The translations under genes and the position numbers were made by a program. A DNA stretch of 64,000 nucleotides from Marsupella aquatica (lineage: Eukaryota; Plantae; Marchantiophyta), in NCBI GenBank assembly GCA_973895155.1, contig OZ316892.1, forward strand, positions 10,086,283 to 10,150,282. Direction: 5' to 3'. Below, piece after piece: positions 26,766 through 40,343 of this stretch (its first letter is position 1; every line of letters starts with the position of its first letter). The notes below the pieces were generated by a model, which did no database searches, was not told where the DNA came from, and was given only the letters and a program-made list of their open reading frames with translations.

Positions 26766-29751
26766 GCTCGGCCCTGTCCCTGTCCCTGTTCCTTGCTTTG
26801 CACCGGTCCGCCAATCCCTAGTTGATTATTAGTGCCTGTCAAAGCCGACAATTTGATGGACACAAAAATACAAACTATGAAATTCATGGCCCATAATTTT
26901 TTGTCATAATAAGTTAATATCTTATGCCATTACTCTCAATCACTCTTAAGGCTAGAGATAGAGAAAATTAAAAAAGCAGTTTAGGCAACAACCTTGTGAA
27001 AAGGTAAGATTATTCCTTTAGGGTTGAATGTTTTGAGACTCTCTATTGGGGCATCTCCAAACTACAATTCCCGACCACCACTTTTGCGCATTTCTTTAAT
27101 GCCAAATGTTTTCGCCTTCCCTGCCATAATGAATCAACGATTGAGGTGTAGCCACAAGCCACACATCTACTGAGTATTCCCTCCCAGACACGCACTTTTG
27201 CAGGGGATTCTTTCATTCATGGGTCTAGAGTAATATCTGTAGCCATAGTTAGATTGATGGTAAATGCAAACTTGATTAGGTTAGTAGTTTTGTGTCCTAT
27301 ATACATAAGTGAACTCAGGCTTCTTCTTTTTGGATTGAAGGGCATAGCCCGAGAAACTTTATTCCAGGGGGAACCTGAGCAAAAATACACACCAGTTTGG
27401 GAGGAGGAGACAGGGAAAACCAAATGCAATTAAGGGGCTAGAAGAAGGAGCGCACCCAAAGAAAAGGAAGGGCAGGCAGCCTCCATCCCAACCGCCAGAA
27501 GGAAGGAAGCGAAGACTAAAGGGAAGGAGGAACCCCAATAAAGGGAGAAAAACTACATCTGTATGCAAAAAGATAGAGACCTGAGAGAGCAACCACAAGC
27601 AGCATAGTTAATTACATGGACTGAAGCTATGGATGCCGCCAGCTCCACAGTCCACATCCTGCCAAACTCACTGCTGCCAACAAATACACATCCAGCTCGG
27701 AGCCACCGCCACCATATATAGAGCCACAAAATCAGCAGTGAGCCTACACCAAACTGGCAATACAACCAAAGCTGGCTAAGTCCAGCCCACTGTCCTGAGC
27801 CTTTGGTAATTGGGTATCCACCACGACATCAATGAGAATGCCCATGAGAATGCCCCAATTAATCTATTGTTTAAATCATAGGACAGTTCCCATCCCTGCG
27901 CAGCACTAGAGCATAATGGTCGAGAGGAAACCTGGTTGAGAAGGACAAATGGTATGAAGTCGTAGTTGAACCCCAATAATATGATGTCATAAGATCATCC
28001 CAGCCACTATCATAATTGGCGCAGCCATGGGAGGAGGAGAGCAATATTTGATCATTATATAGATTAACTGAGCACTGGCATGCCACAAGTGAGATAGTGG
28101 CAACCGATTGGGGAAATGTCAAGTGTAGCCAGCCAAGGGGCACGCCATGAGGGATGAACTACTGCATGGGACCCCAACATGCTTATGAGCCTGGAGAATG
28201 AAAAGCAATCCAGAGCATTCAGGAGGGAGGCTGTGCCATTTGTGTAATTATAGCATCCCAAAAATATTGAGGATGCCCTGGTGGACCCAACACTTCTTGA
28301 TTGAAGACCTGATCGATGCTCCATAGAAGAATCATGGTAGCCAATGTTACTGAGCCACTTGAGAGATAGGGAAAACTCATGCTATGAAGATTTGGTATAA
28401 CCGACAAGCCTATAGTACTACTGCAATAAAGGTTTTTTGTGTTCTTGTGAAGGTAACCTCATCAAAGATAAACCATGTGTCGCTTTGTGTTGACTACTTA
28501 TTTATTAGAATGTTACATGTGCATGTTGTCTTATGAATAGCGGTTGTTTATTCAACATGGATGGTAGACATTTGGGCAGGGAGACCTATTGCGTCAGAGC
28601 ACTCACACGATGTGCACAGTCCCCTTTTGTTCTTTCACATTGTACATACTCACAATTGCAGTATTTTAACGTTGTGCACAAAGGATCAATTGTCAGAGCC
28701 AAAGTAAGCATGGGGGAATGGTAGCTCACTTGAGAAGTGGATTCAATTGTTGTAACTGGTTTTTGTTGCCTCCCTTTAGGTGGGGTTTCCCAGATTTTCC
28801 CTTTAAATAACATTAAAAGAGCGAGGGAAAATTTTTAGTGCTCCAGAGATGAAACAGTTATGTTTTAGCTACCTCGATCAATATCTATCAAGATCCTTGC
28901 ATCTATTCTGGCCAAAGAAGGAGTCATATAGGGAAAAGAGTCGAAGTGCACTACAACAAAAACAAACCACGAGGACCAGAGTACAGAATGCCAAAGTCTA
29001 ATGAGAGCACGGGAGGACAAGCCCATCACAATACTGCTGGATTTATTGGATGCTTCCAAGCTGTGGAAAACCTCAACATTTCTGAAACCAATGTTGGGGA
29101 TATTTTAGACAAGGCACATGATTGAGATGTACAAGAAATGGCATGCAAAGATCATTTACATTCACAGCCTGTTACTATTTATGAAAGATTGCCCAAAGTG
29201 GGCAATGTCTTTTCATTCAATGGCAAAGAGAAATATGGAAAGACCAAACAGACACCAGTGAGGAAAGAGCCCAGGAATTGCATGACCATGAAGATAAGAA
29301 GAATGACCTTCTCTCTAGAAAATAGTACACAGGGATCACCAGAGAAGAGTTCCAATGCTGCTGCAAGCACACAAGGCTTTGATAACAAGAGGGCAACACA
29401 TAGAAAAATTTCCAAGGAAGTAGCAAAACAACAAGGATGCAAGAAATTCACACAAGGTGTCAACTACTGCTCAAATTAAAGGGAATGGCTGAGAATGGAC
29501 CAGAGCCATTGAGAATCCTTGAGGGTGGTCCTTGATGAACATGTTCACCACACCCCTCACATAATGGACCCTGAGCCAGAGGAGCTAGTTTTGGAGAATG
29601 TTTGAAAGCAAGAGATGACTAGGGTGACAGAGAAGATGACTGTAAATGCCAAACAAACCCCCCTCTCTTCCTGCCCCACACCCCATTCCTGCCCCACAGC
29701 CTCATGGACCACCTTGCACACCCCATTCCTGCCCCAGTCTCATGGACCACC

Positions 29752-29838
29752 TTGCGCTACAGTAGCTTGCCCAAGGAATTGACAATAGTCATATGTCCAA
29801 TCCCTTCCAATTCTTTGGGTAAACTGCTCTAGTGCAAG
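29752..29838. repeat. 30-bp-stem hairpin
   Basis: ttgcgctacagtagcttgcccaaggaattg pairs with caattctttgggtaaactgctctagtgcaa around a ~26-nt loop. Confidence 0.8.
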
Positions 29839-30825
29839 AAGGATCTATGTAAGCCAGATAGCCCATTTCTCCTTTGCTACATCTCTCGCCTCAAGAATCC
29901 TAAAGTGTAAAACCCCATAATATGTGGGAATAAAATAATAATAATAAAATTTTAAAAATTAGATGAACTTTTAATTTATGATTTAAAATAAAATTTTAAA
30001 TACCATATATAAATAACAATAAAATTTTGCCAACCTTACAATATTTAATGCCTGCAATATAAGTTTTTGGTTATAAGTAGTAGCTCGACAAGATTACAAA
30101 TAACATTTATTTGTTTTCACCCCATTCTAATAATTAATCCTCACATAAGTTTGAAGAGTGTGATGCCCACCTTCCCCATAATCAACTTTGACAACTATCC
30201 TTGCGTGCCTTAAGTTTCTTCTCAATGGAACGCAGCATGCAAAGAGCTAAAGCTTCTCATGCCTTACATAGTATGATCAAGCTCCATTGAAGAAGGGCAC
30301 AGGTTTCCTTGCCTAGATTTCCAAAGAAAATGACAATGGAATATTTGACAAACCAATTGAGAGGCTATGACAATGGAAAACCTGACAAACTAACTGAGAG
30401 GGCTTCAAAATCTAGAAAGATTAAGCACCCAGTTCAATGTGTGGTGCTTGCCTCCCTAGACCAAGTAGAGCTAGTTACGTCCAAACTCTGTCATGATTCT
30501 TGTCTCTTTCTGACTAAGGTCGTACGATAGGTGAGTTGTTCCATCACAGAGTCCTGTACTTGTTTTGCACGACCGTTGTCAAAAGGCATATGTTTATGAC
30601 TGAAAGACTGGCAAAGACCCCGACATCCCCTTCTATATAAGCCCACAAAGTTCAACAAGGCAAGGATAATATCAGGTGGGAGAAGACATCGACTTACTCT
30701 TCATGAATTTGGTACTCTGAATACCCCTATATCTTTTTGCATACCCCGATATCTCTTTGCAGACTAAGTCTGAAGTTTTAAAAGAGCTTGCAGAAAGAAT
30801 AATTCTGCAAGATTCACGTCCACAA

Positions 30826-31359
30826 GCTATCGATTGCTGAAAAAGACTCCAGATGCTTTAAGGAAAGCCTCTACTCGACCTGGCATTGGCCCTACCAGGC
30901 AGCCATGGATGACCACTAAGACAGAGTCGCTTGCGAGACTTCAAAGGGGCTCTCACAACATCAAAATTGAGACAGCATTAATTAGCTCAAGTGGACCTTT
31001 GTGTTACCCAGGAAGACTCAAATATCCAAGCATTCATATGTCAGCCTGGTCCACAATGAGTATCACTTTCTGCATAAATTGACAAGCCATATCGCTATCG
31101 ATTGCTGAAAAAGACTCCAGATGCTTTAAGGAAAGCCTCTACTCGACCTGGCATTGGCCCTACCAGGCAGCCATGGATGACCACTAAGACAGAGTCGCTT
31201 GCGAGACTTCAAAGGGGCTCTCACAACATCAAAATTGAGACAGCATTAATTAGCTCAAGTGGACCTTTGTGTTACCCAGGAAGACTCAAATATCCAAGCA
31301 TTCATATGTCAGCCTGGTCCACAATGAGTATCACTTTCTGCATAAATTGACAAGCCATA
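30826..31359. repeat. Apparently perfect 268-bp tandem duplication
   Basis: Identical 82-aa ORFs at 30834 and 31102; no nucleotide differences seen by eye. Confidence 0.95.
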
Positions 31360-31919
31360 CCAACACCACAACGCTACACGAAATTGCATGGCATCCATTC
31401 ACTACCAATAGAACACACATAATCCGCAGCATTCGATCCAGTGGGGCAAGGACTGAAAGCGGCAGACTCTTGTGTCAATGAACCAAATCGATCCGACCTC
31501 GTTTCTGTACAAATGATTTTCATGGGCCATCCCCCATCGAAAGGTTGATTTCGGTCCCGAGACTGCTCTACATTGTATATATTTACTCGTGCGCATCGCT
31601 GCAATTATCAAAGCACATTTGCACCAGAAACTGGTTAAAGACCGGGGCCTCCATATAGGAGTCTGACTTCCATTTCGACCCCCTACGTTCTCATCCACAA
31701 GTGCATGCCTATATGTCGTTGGAGATACATGACCCCAAAAAATACACTCGGACCAGCTGGTATTATTCAGTAAAGAATGATGACTATTGTAAATTTGGCC
31801 AAGCAAATTCCTACCCCTCGAACCTTTCAATACATTAATCTTGGCTGTGAGATCACCATTTTAACCATTGGCACAGCATCACGTGACATCCTACCTTGTC
31901 GGGTAAAACCAGCACGAAC

Positions 31920-34666
31920 TTACTTCCTCAAGCTCTCCACTATGTATTGAGCATACAGGTCCCTGCAAACAACACCAAAAGTATGTTACCAAAACGTTAA
32001 AAAAAAACCAACCCAGTGCCCGCTCGCTGCGTCACCTATCACCTTCAATCAGAACAAAGCAACTCGACGCTGTATAACTCTATTTATTCCTTGCGTCCAA
32101 ACCCCACAAGCTAAAACTAACCCTGCCAATATACAAGAAGATATAACATGCAACCAGGAGAATGTGACGAAAGTACTAACATTGAATGAGCATACAGGTC
32201 CCTGGAGATAGCACCAAGAATATGTTACCAAAGTGTTAAGAAGGCCAAATCCAGTGCCTGCCCACTCTGACAATTATGAACTACCAACTGGGAACGAAAG
32301 AACTGGACAGTACCCTATGTATCCCTTGAGTCCAGACCCCAAAAATCCCCAACTAACCTTTGCTAAGATGCAAGATGCAAGCAGATGATAATATGCAAAC
32401 TGGAGAATGCGTGAAAGTACTGACTGTGAATGGGCGATAGCTTCAACAGCATGGTCAGCACCCAAAAACTCGTCAACTGCAACCTCTTTGTTTTCGTTTT
32501 TCTTATCTGGAAAAGCAGTGTCAAGGTATGCAGTGTTGCTAATGTGGTGCTGTCCAGATCCCCCTGAAAAAAGTTGAGCTGCTTGACATAGGTCAGATAT
32601 ATAAAACGAAAACGGAAATTTCAAGCTCCACGACTTAACACATATTTCAGCAAAGTTTGGAGGATACAGTCTTCAAAAAACCGACGAATTTCTGCAAGGC
32701 GATGTGGTGGAAGGTCCTTGATGTCCTTATAGAAACGATATTCAGGGTCGTCAGCACAGACCGCTATGATTTTGTCATCTTTCTCGCCCTGGCAGTCGTA
32801 CAAGCGAAAGATTCAGCTCATACTGGAAACATCACCACAGACGGTACCTTGCCAGATACCACGCATCATTGTTGGAAAGGTGAACAAAGAGGAAAACAAA
32901 ACGTACCTGGTCGAGCATGGGCATGAGACCGATGGCCTTAGCACGGAGGAAACAACCAGGGAGGACAGGTTCCTGCTCCACAGACAAATACCGTGTCCTT
33001 AAATTAACGGTACTCCTCGCAGTATCCTCTATGCACTGATTCTTGTAGTTCGTATCCAGTTATATTTCATCACAAAGTAGTCAAAACTGGGCCCTGACAA
33101 TATCCTGTTAATCATGAATTCAACATCTCCTATCTCATCGTGTGCGACACCGGAGCGAATCGAGGAAGTGGGACGGAACGTATGAACGGAGAGGGTAGTG
33201 GTTATGAGAGCTTGCTGCTTTCCATCGGTACAGGACGAGCAAACTATGGTAGATGCTAAGCTGGACAATCAAACTGGATAGTGAAGTCGCAAAAGGGTTC
33301 CCTTCACGCACCGAAAAGTTTAGTGAAGGCCAAAATGTTCCGGTTCTACTTGCCTAACCTCTGAGAGCCCTGCCCAGAGAAAATTCTTCACAAGTATTGT
33401 ACGAAAATTAATAATATTGACGACAGTGGGTCCAGAATTTCACAAGAAGCAATATACAATGAAGAGCACAAACTGAATACCTGCATCAGGACTAGCACGT
33501 CCATTGGGTCATTGTCCTCACAGAGCGTCCTGGGGATGAAACCATAATTTTGAGGATAGACCACGGAAGAGTACAACACCCGGTCGACCTGAAATCACAA
33601 AGCCAAGAACGTCAGCAACCACTAAATCTGCCATCGCCAGAGCTGGATAGGCCCTACGACCATAATCACGCACTCAGGCTCGATAACACTCCTTCCTGCT
33701 CCTCAAGACTCGTTTTCGCTTTAACCCACCTTCAGAAATGGCGAATTCGAATGCAAATATCCAGATTGAAGAGTGAGACAAATAAACTAGATAGCTACTC
33801 TCGTCCAGCTGGCTTAAGAAAAAGGCTTTCTAGGAAATTCCTTGGATACGGCTGAAAAGGAAACCAAGAGGCAGAGGTCAAATTCGGTACCTTGATGAGA
33901 CCGGAATTCTTATCGAGCTCATACTTCACTTTGCCACCCTTGCCAATCTCCACAACCTATGCGACGTCCACACAGCAAACAGGGTAAGTTCACTCCAGAT
34001 GGACCCTGGGAAATTGAGAGTTCCACCTTAGACAAGAATCATACAACAACAATTCTCCCGAAGGAGGCGCCTAACCCTACGTAACCAATGGTTCTGGCCT
34101 GCAAGGGACCCACCAGTGACCATCACCATGGCCGACATCAAATGCGCGAATGGAAAAACAATAAGTGGACGATGAGAAAACAGAGAACCAAGCTCCGAAA
34201 AGAAAATTCCAGAATTTGTGGCACTTCGCATTTTCAGGTTTCTTCAACAGAACGAGCGAGGCGAATAGTTACCATGTTAAAAATCTTTGGCGCCTCAGGC
34301 CCTGCGCCACACATCACAACAAAAATTAGGTAATCCCATTTCTCACCATCCTACTCTGCTGAGTGGAACGAAATAAACCTCACGAGTTGCTTCCAAATAA
34401 TCGAAAAACCTTCGTGACAATCCGAACTGCAGAGGACCGTCCTCTAAACTGGACTTACCGATCTCCAGATCGTGCCAAGGGTGGGCAGCAACAGATCGCC
34501 GAGACATAGAGGCGAGAAGTCCTTGGCTGAGAGCTGTGCTGGGGACTCGGGGAAACTTGACCGGCACCTGCTCAGGAGCACCGTTGGAGGCTGCTGATTT
34601 AGAGACTGGTTTCGAGACGGGAACCGAGTCTACTGCCTTTGCCTCTGCCACATGACTAGAAGACAT
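31920..34666 (-). CDS. PPA: Soluble inorganic pyrophosphatase (family I, plant PPa1-5 type). Exons ~34666-34459, 34301-34273, 33956-33891, 33588-33481, 32972-32907, 32788-32668, 32506-32425, 31962-31920
   Basis: Spliced translation ..[152 protein letters not shown]; all introns GT-AG. Confidence 0.97.
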
Positions 34667-37600
34667 GTTCTTCGCCCGTCGCAGAAACCTATTTCCGATC
34701 GCGATAGGCGAAGAAGGCAAGACCTCAGATTCTACTATCCACCTCGGTCGTCACGTTCTTGGCAGGTAGCTGCAGTACCGAGAGAAGCCCAGCTGTCAGT
34801 CCACAGCGCAACGGATCGCAGCAGTTGCGAAGCATGACACCAACAGACTAGAGTACAAATATAAATAACTTTCAAAGAACTGGAGAAGGACACCACACGT
34901 GGAATAGGAAAAGGTTGCTACTATTCCAAACAAATGAAACGGGACAACGCACGCCCGTCTCCAACTTGAGACCACGAGTTGGGAATTGCAGACTCTGCCA
35001 CTCACTACAAATGAATCAGATCTACAGCAAAAAATGCCAGATCTTTCAACTACGAGCTAGACCAGGAAGTCGAGAACTCGAGTCCCTCCAACTACGCATG
35101 AATCACGTCTACGGCCAGAAATTTACAGATTGGTCTTCCAAAGAGCGCCAAGTCGAGTAAATCTCGGGCCACGGTTTGTAGGGGCGAAACGCACCACGAT
35201 CGGTCATAGTGAGATGACTGAATCGAATTAACTTGAGGACACGATCCTCTGTAATCGTTTATGCCCAGCCTGAAATGCAGGGAACCCACGAACAGGTTTC
35301 TTTTCTTAAAGACTCTATCGATGGCCTAATCTCAGGTCAAAGAACTCCTCGAGGACGAGAAACGTGAAATTTTTCGCAGCAATCAAAACAAGATTTATGC
35401 TAGCTGACATGTTGCATTCCCTGGGCATTTTGAAAGCATAGTCAACACTCGGAAATCGATTCCTTGTTCCTTGTCAACCTTATCACAATAAAACCTCCGG
35501 AATGAAGATTGACTTTAGTCTCTACAACCAAAAATGTAGCGCCATACAAACTTCGGCATTGAAGTCCACAGTCCTCCTAATCCTACTCGAACGGATCTTG
35601 CGAGTGCTCAGCATGATCACAAGTCCTGCAGCCCGCCAATTCTGTCCTAATCGAAAAGTTTCGACAAATCGAGAAGATCTGTGACAAATGAGGACCTTTC
35701 CAAAGCCCATGTTCAGCTGCGTCTCCATGATTCTCAATTTTGACACTTCATTCAACCTTTCAGATCCTGAGAGACCTTCAAAGCTACAAGCTGAGCTGTG
35801 ATCTCAAACGCAAACGGCACTATCCGTAGCCCGGATGGACTCGTATTGAAAATGCCAAACTTCTGGTCATTTACACTGTGATAAGGATGAATGTGTGAGA
35901 CAGACAGATAGACAGACAGACCTGAGGATTCAACTCGTACTATACACATAAACTTTCCAAGGGTTGAGCTGACTGAAAGAAAAACTTAGGGCATCGAATG
36001 CAGAACAACTTAAGGATATCGAATGCAAGCAGATTGGACAACCAGAGTCTCAAAGTAGACCATAATCATGCTGTTGGACATGAAACATGTAATGCACCAG
36101 GTATGGGAGTAGATCAATGCGCTTCTTTACAACTTATAGAAATCGCTCTGCGGCTCCGTCATGGTCAAATTGCAATCAGATCAACCATTCAAAACGAATG
36201 TGCTACATGTCTACAAATGCGGGCGTACCTCGACAGCCAGGGTAAATTAGACGGACATCCAATTGAAGATGACCTCGAGCAATGCAACCACGAATGCTCC
36301 TGGATCGATATCACAAGATGAGACTCTTGAACTTGACAGAACTCAAACCGTGGACAGCACATCCAAAGCCACTCTGCTCAACCAAAATGGGTAAATGTGG
36401 GCTGGCCAAGTAGACTCCAGAGACTTAGGACGAATTGCTCAATCCTCGCGAGGCCAAGCCAAATGGCTCTGCTCAAGTGAGTCCAGAGACTCGCAGACTA
36501 GCTTCATATCACACCATAACAATGCACTGAATTCAACGAACCCATTGACCACAATTAAAATCTGCGAGCACGGGGTGGCGTAGGACAACCCATGTTCCAA
36601 GAGTTGAAGACTCTCACGTCTGAGAGCGAACCCTCACCGAATCTGAAGTCCACGTTCTGTCTCCAACAGGCGCGAGAACCAATGCGACCAGACTGAATCT
36701 ATCAATCAAGCTTCCAGTACAGTAGCTTGACAGACTGAATGACCTTGAACCAATTGGGCAGCATTGACACGCAAACTCTTCACTCGGACTCTCGCTTGCT
36801 CCCAACCCAGAAGACCACGAAAGCGACAATCACACATCGGAAACAAACACTGTAATCAATTGAGTGGAGAGGGATCAAACTCACGTACATCCACCGGAGG
36901 TGCTTTGTCCCCCGTAATCACCAATTGCGACAAACACAGGCTCACAGACCTTTACTAGGACAGTAACTGTGAGAAGATCAAGAATGTACCGCCCAATTGA
37001 GCCCAACGAGAGAGAGAATGCAAGTCCACACATCAGGGGAAAGAAAGTACGCACACACCTGGAATGGATGTCACCTTCTGCCCCCGGCCTCTGATCCCAG
37101 ACGGCGGACCACAGCGACCAACCAAACGAGCCGAATCTTAAGAGATTCAAGCGAATGTGCTTTCACAGACCGCCCCGCTATATTCGTGCTCTCTCGAGAT
37201 CTCTCCATCGTCATCTAGCACCATTAATAATTACTTTGATGCAACAATAAATTGCGATTGAGGGTCCACTGGTCCAGTGAGGACGGATCGGATCGGCCTG
37301 AATTTGCGCCGAAAGTCTTCCGCCCGAATAGTCTGCAGCTGACGGGACGCAGGACGCGAGCTGGCTACCGTAGCTGTGGGATCGTTGGTGACTCACCCCA
37401 TCGCAACCTCTGCAAACCGTGTGTGTGTGTGTATGGCTGGCGGCCGAGGAGGAGCTCCATCCTCACCCTACTTCGCGGCACGAGGGGGACGGGAGTGGAA
37501 TCGTTTGTGGACTTGTGGGTCCGTCCTCTCCATCACTACTCCTCTCACTACTCACTCATTCATTCTCCACGCACTTTTTCAAATCGAGCGTTGCGGTCCA

Positions 37601-37675
37601 GCAGACAAACATCCAACACCGCCATAGCTCTTTCGCTGTCTCTCCCTCTCTTTCCACTCTCGACAGACAATATAC

Positions 37676-38880
37676 AGCGTTGTCTGGCTGTATGTAATTG
37701 CCATAGTGGTAAACTGCTTGTATTACAGACACCGTAGCTTTCCAGGTTTATTATTCTCACTAGTGTAGCCCCCATGACCTTTTCCTTTAAACGTAAATAG
37801 ATATGAAGTAAAATATTGCACAATTTATATGTTATTTTGGGTTACTATTTGACTCATCCTTGTTTTTTGTCCAATCTTCATTTCAGTTTTATCCTTAGTT
37901 AGAGTCAATGTCATTTTTTTTTATACTCATTTAAAATTCTGACCATAATTATTGCATTTCATTATCAATTTTAATGTGAGTTAGGACCTAGAGGCCTCAC
38001 TCTAGACCTAGGCCCAAAATTAGACTTCAATTGGCCCTTTTATATTAAGACTCACCAAAGTGTTGAATGGCCATGAAAAATTTTTAAACATTTTTAAAAA
38101 TTAAATTAAATTTTAAAAATGTAAAGGCCATAGAGGTTTCACCAGGGTGCTGAATGTCACCGTTGTCTGGCTGTATGTAAATGCCATAGTGGTAAACTGC
38201 ATGTATTACACACAGCGTAGTTTTTCAGGTTTGGTTTTACAAGGGTGCTGAATGTCACCGTTGTCTGGCTGTATGTAAATGCCATAGTGGTAAACTGCAT
38301 GTATTACACACAGCTTAGTTTTTCAGGTTTATTATTCTCATTCGCCAGAGTGCTGAATGGCACCTTTGTCTGCCAGTATGTAAATGCCATAGAGGTTTCG
38401 CCAGGGTGCTGAAGGTCACCGTTGTCTGGCTGTATGTAAATGCCATAGTGGTAAACTGCATGTATAACACACCAGCGTAGTTTTTCAGGTTTATTCTCTT
38501 TCGCCAGATTGCTGAATGTCACCTTTGTCTGCCTGTATGTAAATGCCTTAATGGTTTGGCCAGGGTGTTGGATGTCACCTTCTTCTTGCTTTATGTAAAT
38601 GCCATAGTGGTACTACATATATAGTACACTAGCGAATTTTTCTTCTCTTTCGTCAGGGTGTTGAATGTCACCTTTGTCTGGCTGTATGTAAATGCCATAG
38701 TGGTAACTACAGTAAATATGCAACACAACAGCTTAATTTAAGGTTTGTTTTCTCTTTGGCCAGGGTGCTGAACGTCCACTTTGTCTGGATGTGTGTAATT
38801 GCCATAATGGTAAGTACATATGTAACACACCAGCCTAATTTCTAAGGTTTCTTCTCTTTTGCCAGGGTGCTGAATGAAGA
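37676..38880. repeat. Complex tandem array (agggtgctgaatgtcacc.ttgtctggctgtatgtaaatgccatagtggtaa..), about 8 long and short units, with orphan units at 37676 and 39618
   Basis: Core ttgtctggctgtatgtaa(a/t)tgccatag is repeated from 38140 to 38880. Confidence 0.9.
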
Positions 38881-39049
38881 AAATTATGAAGCTTCCATAT
38901 TCTATATGGTGAATCCACCTTTCAGATTTTGTCTTATTCAGATTTTGTGTTCAATATTTTTATTTTAATGTGCCTTATCTAGGTGAATCATTTGTATTAA
39001 TTTGATTTTGAATTAACTTTTGGACCCCTTTTAATGAACTTAGAGTATT

Positions 39050-39190
39050 TGCGGACCCCCATGAGAGGTCCCTGGAAAATTCCCTGCCACGAGGTTGCGC
39101 CACATCAGCACAACAACCACAAGTAGGAAAGATCATATTTTTAACATTAACAAAAGTGCACATTCATGTTTGTGGCAAAAGCAACATAAT
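39050..39190 (-). repeat. Dispersed repeat, inverted partner of 18570-18700
   Basis: Reverse-complement match to 18570-18700. Confidence 0.85.
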
Positions 39191-40018
39191 TTGTGGGTTT
39201 GAATGTATTTGACTCCCTTCATAAATGTTTAATCTTTCCTTTTCAATCACTCCTTAGTGAATCATTTTTTTCTCGTGAGAGTGAGAGAAATGAGTTTGAA
39301 CAATGTGCACATTTGGTGTACTAAGTTCCCCTGGTGGTTTCTTTTACAAAATTTATGGTTTAATTGAGTTGATTGTCATTACCTAGAAGTTAAAATTTGT
39401 ACTATATGTGCACAACTCTTTAATACCTTTGTACTTTTTTGGTCATAATGTGCTTTTCTTTGGGTGTGTACTATGTCACTCACTCTTAATTAACAGATGT
39501 TATTTTCTTGGCATATATTTTACATGTACCTATTTGTTTTATCATAAAATAAATCAAATGAATTACATATCATTACAAGACAAAAAAAAATGCATGTTTT
39601 AGGATGAAACATGCTATATCACCATTGTCTGGGTGTATGTAATTGCCATAGTGGTAACTACATATAACACTGGTCTGGGGATTATCAAAACCTATGCTTA
39701 CTGCAGAACGAGGGTCCCTACTGATGGGCTATCCAGTGTGACTATTTCATAAGATCTGGTTTAGGGCAAAGACAATCATATGATTTAGGGTCATTACTGT
39801 CTTCCACTAACACAATGCCATGGGGCACTATATGTGAGTAGCGAGTCTAGGGCATTTTATTTGAGTTTTGACTATGTGTTTTCATTGTTTGTACTTGCAG
39901 GATGTTCAAAAATGGGGGTTGTATTCAAATGTTGCATTATGTTTGAATATTTAGGTTGTCAAATGGTTCATGAATTTTGCACCTTTGTGCTCAACGAGCT
40001 ATAACAATTTAGGGTCAA

Positions 40019-40343
40019 TGTTAAAGATTGCTCTTAGTCTTGTGACTCACAGGTTACGGCAATTAGGTTAACCTCAATTAGGGACTTGAGGTTAGGTTAG
40101 TTGTGTGTGACCTTGCATATACCAGGGCTAGTGTAAGCCGTTGGTATGTGGTGCTTGCTCATTGTAACGGAACAACTTGAGGAAGAGAGAGCTTGTGTGT
40201 TCGACTACTCTGAAGTAAAGTTGGAGTGTTCGTGTGGACGTAGCCTTTGAGAAGAGGTGAACCACATATGGATTGTGTCGACGACGTGAGCATGGTATGA
40301 GTCATGATCGTATCGTCATGAAGGAAGACGTCATAGTTCAACA
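40019..40343. mobile_element. Solo LTR (325 bp)
   Basis: TGTT...AACA termini, perfect 5-bp TSD gtcaa; related to 57172-57519. Confidence 0.9.

Noticed and set aside
27238-29640. Possible LTR plus decayed retroelement coding region
   Set aside because: Composition is suggestive, but no termini, TSD or gag/pol motif could be verified.
38130-38880. Repeat-spacer-looking array as CRISPR or guide-RNA array
   Set aside because: The inter-core segments are homologous to each other rather than unique, and no nuclease gene is adjacent.
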